Assembly: GCA_964016885.1 (NCBI GenBank) | Contig: OZ024741.1 | Coordinates: 294,810,001 to 294,874,000, forward strand | Length of the DNA stretch: 64,000 nucleotides | Source of the DNA: Eledone cirrhosa | Lineage: Eukaryota | Direction: 5' to 3' | Shown here: positions 54,238 through 64,000 of the stretch, piece by piece | How positions within the stretch are numbered: position 1 is the stretch's first letter | Layout of the letters: every line of letters begins with the position of its first letter | Made by a program: the position numbers and the translations under genes | Notes under the pieces: generated by a model | The model's input: the letters and a program-made list of their open reading frames with translations, nothing else | Told to the model about the DNA's origin: nothing | The model's database searches: none

Positions 54238-55648
54238 CATACATACATACAATAAAAGCCAGAAGAACATACATACATACATACATATTATGTAAAACAG
54301 TACTGACTCGTAAAATCAAAGTGTTTCACACATACATAGCTTTTTCTTTGTTGGAATCACAACTCTAGTTTGTCATAGAAGCCAGCCAGCTTGTTAACCA
54401 GCTAACTAACCAACCAACTGACCACAAATAAGCAGCTTCAACTCTAGTAGTAATAAAAGACAGAAAGATTGTAAGAAAGTAACAGGTATCTCTGATTGAA
54501 GCAAGCAAGAAGCTTCTTTCTCTCACTGTTAAGGTGATACAAGTGGGCTGAGTTTTATGTTTAACCACCTGGTCAACATCTTTCTCTGACTGTTGCTATT
54601 GCTGTTGCTGCTACTGCTACCGTTGCTGCTGCTGCTGTTGCTGCTTCTATTACTGCTGCCAGTGACACTGCTACTGCTGCTGCTGCTGCTGCTGTCATAG
54701 TAGTTGTTGCCACAGCTGTTCCTTCTGCTTCCACTGCTACTACTACTACTACTACTACTACTACTGCTTCTCATCTTTGCTTATTATCAGTGTGGTTGCC
54801 ACTACCACTAATTCTGTAACAGTAGCTGTCACCCACTATTTCCAATAACATACTCTTGTTGTGTCTCCAGCGGAAAAAAAAAAAAAAAAAAAAAAAATCA
54901 AAAACAAAAAGGAAAACAAATATCAAAAACAAAAAATAGCTAAAAAAAAAAACAACAACAACAACAAATCCCCATCAACAACAGCAATAGCAGCAACACC
55001 CTGCCTAGGCATCATCATCATTGCTACTGACATAAGATAACAAGCAACACCCCTTATTCTCCTTTTCCTTATCACTATCATCATCATCATTATCAGCATC
55101 ACCTTTCTGTCATCTTCATTGCTTCATCAGTAACATCACAGTCAGTCAGTCACCCACCCACTTCAACTGCCATTGTTGCTGTTACTTTGTTGTTATTACT
55201 TCAGTGTTGGTGTTAGTTAATCACACTAAAAAGAAGACACTGTGGTCCTTATCGTTGTTGTTAGGGGTGAGGCACCTCTGCTCCCTTCTATTTCTCAGCT
55301 TTCTTGCCTATGTGTGTTACGCACATGAGCAGGTTTTGCCACCATCGTCGATCTGGTTGCTGTACCTTGTCCAGATATCCTTCCAAGACCGGCCGTATGT
55401 TTCGAATGATATTATACCAGCTTTTTCCACCACTGAGAAAACATTTACTTTTCGCAAGAGAAAAACGTAAGTAACAGAAAGAATACAACAACAACAAATC
55501 TATAACAATAACAAACAAAAAAAAAATGAAACGATTAATTTTTTTAAAGAAAGGCAATAAAAAAAAAGCAACACTACTTCAACATTCTCTGAAATGCATG
55601 CATATGTATATATATATATATATATGTGTGTATATATATATGTGTGTG

Positions 55649-55679
<31 letters not shown>

Positions 55680-55680
55680 A

Positions 55681-55752
55681 CAGTGTCCCCCAAAAATCTA
55701 TACACATTTATAAAACGCTGTTAAAGTTTGTATACATTTTTGGGACACCCTG
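55681..55752. mobile_element. Tiny Tc1/mariner-type MITE
   Basis: CAGTGTCCCCCAAAAATCTATACA / TGTATACATTTTTGGGACACCCTG TIRs, inside a TA/CA microsatellite. Confidence 0.7.
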
Positions 55753-55846
55753 TGTATATATATATACACACACACACATATACATTATATATATTTTATA
55801 TACATACATATATATATATAATGTGTGGCTGTATATGTGTGTATAA

Positions 55847-55886
<40 letters not shown>

Positions 55887-56549
55887 GTTTGTATGTATGT
55901 ATATACATATATATATATATATATATATAGGTAAATAGATCTTGTGACAAATATGTGACATCATTTGACAGTCCTGTTAGTTTCTGGAAAAATTTCATTT
56001 CGACATTTCAATACAGTGTTGTTGAAATATTCAACATACATGTATGCACATGTATTTATGAGTGTGTGTGTGAAGAGTGTGTATACAAATACTTGTGCAT
56101 GCATCTATGTACATATGTTTGCATATATGAATAAACACATTCATGCAGGCTTGTGTGTGTGTGTATATATATATGTGTGTGTGTGTGTGTGTGCATGCAT
56201 GTATGTGTGTGTGATGTCAGTAGATAAGCTGTGCGAATGTCTGTGTACAGCTCATTGTTTATTTGACAACATACCAAAAACAATAATAATAATAATAATA
56301 GTTTAAACGAACACCCACTCCCAAATCAAAACAAAGCTAAAGAAAAATGCAAGTGATCCATATAAATGTGTGCAATACATATGCATGCATCATTTTTTTA
56401 ATGTGCATCAAAATAAATGAATAAACAAACACTGGAAGAATCCCATTTAGATGTAAATATATCACTCTTCAATGACGCCATCACCACCAAAATCAACCCT
56501 GAAAACATCTATAAAGGATTTATCCATTCTAAATACAACCCACCTATTA

Positions 56550-57395
56550 TTATTATTATTATTTTGACCCCCATAAGGATGAATGACAGAGGTTACCGTT
56601 CATCCTTACAGGGTCAATAAAATAATATACCAGTCATGTACTGAGGTCAATTTAATTGACTTTCTCCCCCCCTAAATTGTCGGCCTTGTCTTTAAATCAG
56701 AAATCATTATTATTATCATTATTATTATCATTATTATGGATTGGCAGAAATGGTAGAGTATCAAACACCATGTTTTGAGTCATAGAGTTACGGCCCTTTG
56801 CGTTCTGAGTTCAAATCCCACCAAGGTTAGCTATACCTTTCGTAAATTAAAGTACCAGTAATGTACAGAGGTTGATTTAATCGACTTTCTCCATCCCCCA
56901 AAATTGTTGGTCTTTGGCCTAAATCAGAAACTGGGATAAAGAAATCATTATTATTACTATAACAACAACAAGGGCAGTGGATTGGCAGTATCGGTAGAGC
57001 ATCGGATACCCTGCTTTGCAACATAGTGTTATGGCCCTTTACGTTCTGAGTTCAAATCCCACTGAGGTTACCTTTGCCTTTCATCCTTATAGGGTAGATA
57101 AAATAAAATACCAGTAATGCAATGGGGTCGATTAAATTGACTTTCCCTTTCCCTTGAAATTGTTGGCCTTGTGCTTAAATCAGAAATCATTATTATCATT
57201 AATGATGGATTGGCAGTATCGGTAGAGGGTCGGACGCCATGCTTTCCAGCATAGTTACGTCCCTTTACGATCTGAGTTCAAATCCCGTCGAGGTTGACTT
57301 TGCCTTTCATCCTTACGGGGTCGATAAAATAAAGTACCAGTAATGCACTGAGTTATTGCTGGCCTTGTGCCTAAAGTAGAAACAATTATTACATT
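56550..57395 (+). mobile_element. Cluster of four tandem family-B SINE copies, the first truncated with an inverted 5' tip
   Basis: Copies ~56595-56710, 56737-56950, 56972-57195 and 57205-57395; a further fragment at 57845-57970. Confidence 0.88.
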
Positions 57396-58492
57396 ATAAC
57401 AACAACAGCAAAAGAAGTTTCTTTTATATGTTTAATATCATTTAAATTTTTTTTTTTTTTTTTATTAATATTCCCTGTTTGCAATTAACATTCCCTTCCT
57501 CCTCCTCTATCTTCCCCTCACTTGATTTCTTGTTTTGGTTTAATGTTCACAGTTTTCTCATTTTTGAAATTAATTTTTAGCATCTAATCAACTTGTCTTC
57601 CCCCTATCTCTCTATTTCCCTCTCTTTATATCTCCCTCTTTATATCATTCTCTTTTTCCTTCCAATTCTTTTTCATTTATTTATTTTCTGTTTTGTTATG
57701 GCCTTTTGTTTTGCTTTTATTTGTTTGTTTGTTTGTATCCTGTTCATCTCTCTAGCTTGCTCTTTCTCTCGCATCTTTCATTGTTAATATGTTGTTTCCA
57801 ATTTATTCAATCTATTTTGAAATATTATTATTATTAAATCCTCCTAAGGTTTGCCTTTCGTCTTTCCAGGGTCAATAAAATAAAGTACCAGTAACACACT
57901 GGGTTCAATTTAATTAAACCTCCCCCAAAAAATTGTTGACCTTGTACCTAAATCAGAAACCATTATTATTTTTTCTTGGAGGGGTGGGGGGTGGGGCATT
58001 TAAAAAATATTTTAGCCATAAAATAAATTCACTTCGTTATCATCATCATCATCAAAACATTCACCATCCCTGTTAACATCGTCATCATTATCATCATCAT
58101 TATCACCATTATTGTCATCATCATTACCATTGTTATCACCATTGTCACCATCAATGTCATCAATATCATTACTGTTATCATCATTACCATCATCATTATT
58201 GGTAGAATACATTATCACACAGTTTACCTGCAATATTGATAGAGTTGTTTGTGTTGTTGTTGTCTGTTGTTATTCTTACTCTTGCATCGCTGCTACTGCA
58301 TGATAATAACAATAATAATAATAATGAGTTTCACTGAACAGTTGCAAACATTTTACTACTCACACATTGAAAATTAAAAATCAGTTAATTAAATAAAAAA
58401 ACAATTTAAATCTACTAATTGCCTCTCTCTCCCTCCTCCCTCTCTCTCTCTCTTTCCTCCCTCTCTCTCTCCTTCCTCCCTCTCTCTCTCTA

Positions 58493-58536
<44 letters not shown>

Positions 58537-58549
58537 TACATACACACAC

Positions 58550-58586
<37 letters not shown>

Positions 58587-59239
58587 CACACACACATATA
58601 TATATATACACACACACACATACACGTGTTCATGTGTGTGTTTATATATATGTACATAATACTATATATCTATATTTACATGTATTTATACATGCTTATA
58701 ACATCTTTATGTTCATGGGTATATAAAAATGGTATATGTATGTGTATGAATGTATGTATGGGGGTATATATAGAGAGAGAGATAGACATTTTTGTGTTAT
58801 ACTATTATGTACATACATATCTTATATGTATATTTACATGTTTATATACACATATATACATTTAGCATTGTTAGATTCATATGTACACAAGATGCTACAT
58901 GTACACAAATGTGTGCATGTCTTCAGAAATGTATATGCATCATAGTACACATAAATTGCATTCCACACTTCATACACACACACTCACACATTCACATATA
59001 CATCTATATATTAATTTCAAAAATGTCATTATTCCGTGTGTCATAATTCTTGATTGTCATTGGTTCATAGGTTTCAAACGACTCCGCCCACCTCAACAAC
59101 GCCAAACTTAAATTAATATGCATAATGCCAATGAGGGAGTGAGAGGGGAGAGTAAGAAATAGAGAGGCAAAGTAAACGCTGTAACTATTACCATGTGTGC
59201 GTGTGTATGTACATGCGCGTATGTTTATGTGTCTGTGCG

Positions 59240-59482
59240 TGCATGCAGTGTTCCACAGAAAGTAAAAGCAATTCGACTTTATCAAACAGTGAACTACAGC
59301 GGCGATGGTGTGCAGCCAGGAATGAAGAAAAACGGGCCGAACAGCGCCATCGGAACGCCGAACTTCAGAGGCAAAGACGTGCCACCATGAATGAAGAGGA
59401 GCTGGCTGAACAACGCCAACGAAACACTGGAGCCAAGCAGCGACGGCGTGCTGCGATAGTTGAAGACGAACTGGCTGAGCAT
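59240..59482 (+). mobile_element. Probable Helitron RepHel N-terminal repeat-coding fragment
   Basis: RR..AARNEEKRAEQRHRN / RRATMNEEELAEQRQRN charged repeats; CpG-rich; adjacent to a clear Helitron. Confidence 0.55.
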
Positions 59483-59500
59483 CATCTTTTATATTAATTA

Positions 59501-59860
59501 TCTATATCTATATCTACATATAATATAAAAGATTGGAACTTCCATCATCCTTTTGAGAAACATGGAACAACCACGCCTATGCAATGATACACGTTTTACA
59601 GTCAGGCAGAAGATGAACCATCTCCTAGAGGTCACTATTCTAGGTGGGAGCACCTAGAATTGTTCATATACTATGCACAAACGGTACAACGAAGAATCTG
59701 GTATATCTGGAAGATTTTTTTTTACTGTTTTTTGTATCACACAGACACACGGACTCACCTCATACTGTAACCAGACAAACATCCAATACAGTCATTTTCT
59801 CTTTTACCTGTCTTCTCTTATCATCTTTTTTACCCGGGCGAAGCTGGGTACGTCAGCTAG
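59501..59860 (+). mobile_element. Non-autonomous mini-Helitron
   Basis: A|TCTAT...ATAAAA 5' end; Pif1-like helicase fragments KIGTSIILLRNMEQPRLCNDTR...EVTILG and TKNLVYLE; 3' hairpin TACCCGG/CTGGGTA then CTAG|T. Confidence 0.9.
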
Positions 59861-60000
59861 TATACATAATTTGTTTATTGTTCACAAACTCTTGATCCAT
59901 CTAAACAAGATATGCATAGTGCACATCGTTATTTATACTAGCTATATGCCTGCGTATATATATGTAAGTGGTCAATGTAAATCGGGAGGCAACGACTTTT

Positions 60001-60100
60001 AAAAAGGTATTCAATACATTAGTCGAGTATAGTTATTATAGAAATGACTTCTACGCAACTAGAACTGTTTCATTCAAAAGATAACACCAAGAAAGTCAAC
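60001..60100 (-). repeat. Degenerate family H1 copy
   Basis: GAAATGACTTCTAC..ACTAGAACTGTTTCATTC matches 8230-8265 and the reverse complement of 12800-12834. Confidence 0.7.
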
Positions 60101-60229
60101 GTATATAGATATATATTTATATATGAGTATATATGTATGTATATATGTTCTCTCTTTCTCTTAATTTTGAGTTTATTTTTAACTGGCCTCCTTCCCAGTG
60201 GCAAGGTTGTAAAGGAAAGAAAATTGTCT

Positions 60230-61340
60230 TTGTCTTGTGTAAGCGTTCATCCTTTGAATCATATGGATGTTTTACAAATTTTAAAGGTTCCAGATATGAC
60301 AGTTATTTGTAGCTTCTGAATTAAGGATCTATGTTCTTTCTCTTCAAATCCAAGTTCAGTTATACTTTGGTGTAAGGGGTTTGGTGTATAATCTGCTGCT
60401 CCAATAATGATAGTAATGAAGCTGAATGTCTCATCTTAGATGCTGGATCTGAAAATTCCTCATCATTGATCTATAGGTATCCACCTTCTCTTGCATTTTT
60501 CTTACCATATTGACATCAAGTGGGCAGCTGACTTCTATGACAGTGAATGTTTTTAATTCCTACCTATTTGATTTGATTTTTAACTTCTGTAATGCATTTC
60601 AGATTGCCTTAGCTATCACATCATGGAGAGGTATTAACTACACCAGTGCTTCTCAAACTATCTGATGTGGCGGACGGGCATTTTTTTTTTCAATGTGACA
60701 CGTACCGCTAATATTTCGTAGTAATATTAATTTATACCGGAAACAATATATATAATGAATATAATAATAGTTGAGCATTTTTTTATCTTCTATTTATTTT
60801 GTAAACAAATAATACAATATCAAAACATATAAAAAAGTAACAAAAAAAATTCCTCAAATGATTCCTTAGCATGGCCTGGACACTGGCCACGTACTGGTAG
60901 CTGATGGCTCGTGTACCAGCACAGGTCCGCGGACCACCACTTTGAGTAGCACTGAACTAGACAACATTCTTTCACAGTTGGCAACAATGTGGCTAACATT
61001 GTCAATCTTTGTTTTGCACAGCCTACATTTATTGTCAACTGATGACCTTCTTCTTTTGTGCTGTAGTTACTTGGTGGAGAAATTTTCATTCTTCACAGTA
61101 TGGGGTTATCCTTCATCTTGGGATGTTATGAACTTGTCAGTATGGTTTATCTCCTCTGTGGTTTGTGTTTTGCATCTCTAGTACCCATTTACATTCTATT
61201 CAGTGAATTGTTTTATTTTAAAATTTTGTCTGAGTATTTATTATTATCCTGAGGTATTCATTCAGGGTTCTCTCCTTATAAATGGGATATTCTCATCCTG
61301 TCCAAGATACCTATTCTTATCACCTGACTGTAGAAGTTAT
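60230..61340 (-). mobile_element. R4/NeSL-type (RLE) non-LTR retrotransposon 3' remnant
   Basis: CCHC knuckle KCRLCKTKIDNVSHIVANC, then LHDVIAK, then IEVSCPLDVN...EKVDTY endonuclease motif; split by a hAT MITE. Confidence 0.75.
60644..60954. mobile_element. hAT (Charlie-like) MITE nested in the RLE LINE
   Basis: TIRs CAGTGCTTCTCAAA / TTTGAGTAGCACTG; 8-bp TSD AACTACAC / AACTAGAC (7/8 match). Confidence 0.88.
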
Positions 61341-61559
61341 ATCAGCAGGTTATTCATTACGTATGTATCTATGTATATATATATATGTATGTGCATATGT
61401 ATGTTTGTGTGTGTATGTATGTCTATATATATATATTTAACCATTGTTTAACGTCCATTTTCCACGCTAGCTTGGGTTAAATGGGTTGACCCATGAGAGG
61501 CAAGTTGGGACAGGTGACCATGTCTTGCTCATACAGAACAGTTTCTGACTAGGTTTCTA

Positions 61560-61603
61560 CATATATGTATATATGTATATACATATATGTATATATATAT
61601 ATC

Positions 61604-61654
<51 letters not shown>

Positions 61655-62009
61655 GTATATATATAGATATATATGTATATATATAGATATGTATATATAT
61701 AGATATGTATATGTATAAATATATATGTATATATATATATGTATATGTATAAATATATATGTATATATATATATGTATATGTATAAATATATATGTATAT
61801 ATATATATGTATATGTATAAATATATATGTATATATATATATGTATATGTATAAATATATATGTATATATGTATATGTATAAATATATATGTATATATGT
61901 ATATGTATATATATATATATACATATATATACATATTTCAGAGCGTGAAATTAATAAACATTTGTTGTACTGCCTCTCTGTTTTGTTCCTGTTCAACTTT
62001 TTCCATTAT

Positions 62010-62063
<54 letters not shown>

Positions 62064-62067
62064 GTAT

Positions 62068-62117
<50 letters not shown>

Positions 62118-62360
62118 GTATAAATATATATATGTATATGTATAAATATATATATGTATATGTATAAATATATATATGTATATGTATAAATATATATATG
62201 TATATGTATATGTATAAATATATATATGTATATATATATGTATATGTATAAATATATATATATATATATATATGTATATGTATAAATATATATGTATATA
62301 TATATATGTATATGTATAAATATATATGTATATATATATATGTATATGTATATATATATA
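61560..62360. repeat. Large compound (TA)n/(TATG)n satellite with higher-order ~20-30 bp units
   Basis: Direct reading; interrupted by a ~70-bp unique island at 61937-62008. Confidence 0.95.
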
Positions 62361-62543
62361 TTGTTATACTTTGGGAAAACACACGCACCAGTTGCTTTCA
62401 CTTCAATTTATTATATATTTATAAATTTACAAATCTACAAACTTATTGTTTCTTATTGGCAACATGACCCTCCCAAAGTATAACAATATCGGTTTCAACA
62501 CACGATTTCAGATAAAGAATCTTGCTAAACAAATTCAGAAACG

Positions 62544-62570
<27 letters not shown>

Positions 62571-62574
<4 letters not shown>

Positions 62575-64000
62575 CTTGCCATCACCGACACTGATACATA
62601 CTTGCCATCACCGACACTGATAAGAAGGTAGCTTGGAAGTGTCACTATGAAAGACTACTAAATGAGGAGAATAAATGGGAGAAAGACAGTCTCCCCCATA
62701 TCGACCCGATAGAGGGACCAGCAGTGTTAGTCGAGGGGAGTATAATAAGTAAGGCAATCAAGGATATGAAGACGGGTAAGGCGGCTGGGCCTTCGGAAAT
62801 AGTTGCTGAGATGCTGAAGGCATCTGGCACGGTGGGACACACCATGGTCACCCGCATAGTTAACCAAGTCGTACAGAATGGGGTTGTTCCGAAGGACTGG
62901 CATAGCAGCATCATCGTTAACTGTTATAAGGGTAAAGGAGACGCCCTAGATAGGAGTAACTATAGAGGCATTAAATTAATCGACCAGGTCATGAAGGTCA
63001 CGGAAAAAGTAATAGCGCAACTAATCAGAGAGAGAATTGACCTAGATGAAATGCAGTTCGGGTTTGTGTCAGGCAAAAGCACCACAGACGCTCTTTTCAT
63101 AGTACGACAACTACAGGAGAAGTACCTAGCTAAAGGTAAACCCCTCTACTTAGCTTTTGTCGACCTGGAGAAAGCCTTCGACAGAGTCCCCCGCTCCATT
63201 ATCTGGTGGGCTCTTAGAAAACTAGGCGTTGACGAATGGCTTGTGAGGGCTATACAAGCCATGTATAAAGAAACAGTCAGCAAGGTTAGAATTAACAACG
63301 AATATAGTGAAGAGTTTAGCGTAAAAGTTGGCGTCCATCAGGGCTCTGTTCTCAGCCCCCTACTATTTATTATTGCCCTTCAGGCTATAACAGAGGAGTT
63401 CAAGACAGGCTGCCCATGGGAACTCCTATACGCAGACGACCTGATACTCATAGCGGAATCAATGGCCGAGCTAGAGAAGAAATTCCAAACATGAAAGCAC
63501 GGCCTAGAGTCAAAAGGACTTAAAATTAACCTGGCTAAGACCAAAGTTCTAGTTTGTAGGAAAGAAAACAAGGCGGCGGTCCCTTCTGGGAAATGGTCGT
63601 GCTCGGTATGTAGGAAAGGCGTAGGTAGAAACTCCATTTTATGTCCTAAATGCAAAGTATGGGTGCATAAAAGATGTAGTGGGATCACAGGTAAGCTAAC
63701 TAAGAACATAGACTTTACATGTGGCCGGTGTTCTGGTGCAATAAGTAGCAGCAAGTGCCCACAAAATACTAGCTCTTTCAATTGCGCAGAGGGTTCTATA
63801 GAAATAGTGGACAGCTTCCGTTACCTGGGCGATAAAATCAGCAGTGGGGGAGGGTGCTCTGAAAGTACTGTAGCTAGAGTCAGAACTGGTTGGAAAAAGT
63901 TCAGAGAGCTTATACCACTATTAGCCGCTAAAGGGTTCTCCCTAAAAATGAAAGGCAGGTTGTACGATGCCTGCATACGAACAGCAATGTTGCATGGTAG
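62571..64000 (+). mobile_element. RTE LINE, 5'-truncated, RT interrupted by a TGA at 63492-63494; runs off the window end
   Basis: Near-identical to the reverse complement of ~15796-17200; 26-bp tandem duplication at the 5' junction. Confidence 0.95.

Noticed and set aside
61529-62401. Long Tyr/Ile ORFs, and similar ORFs at 24.8, 47.1, 53.1, 55.7 and 58.4 kb
   Set aside because: (TA)n/(TG)n microsatellite artefacts.

Overview
Very AT-rich, microsatellite-dense eukaryotic DNA. The SINE/LINE repertoire suggests a mollusc, probably an octopus-type cephalopod; this is inferred, not proven. No host protein-coding gene can be identified with confidence, and nearly all short ORFs in the track are simple-repeat artefacts or antisense to transposon ORFs. 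The window is a transposon landscape. It contains a decayed Mag-like Ty3/Gypsy LTR element (1-3577, minus), two young near-identical 5'-truncated RTE LINE copies in opposite orientation (15021-17490 and 62571-64000) with many RTE 3' fragments, and remnants of Tx1/L1, CR1/L2, CRE-like and R4/NeSL-like LINEs. It also has three tRNA-derived SINE families (some in head-to-tail arrays), hAT and Tc1/mariner MITEs, and a mini-Helitron. Three signals stand out. (1) Three unrelated small non-coding repeat families sit in (TA)n tracts and each carries a type I hammerhead ribozyme fold. All three share a non-canonical U-U apposition where helix II normally closes with G-C. They lie in palindromic or inverted-plus-tandem arrangements resembling Penelope pLTRs or retrozymes. 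(2) The Gypsy element has no tRNA primer site, but a perfect 13-bp LTR/leader complement suggests self-priming. (3) Fold-back inverted duplications recur at (TA)n junctions throughout the window.
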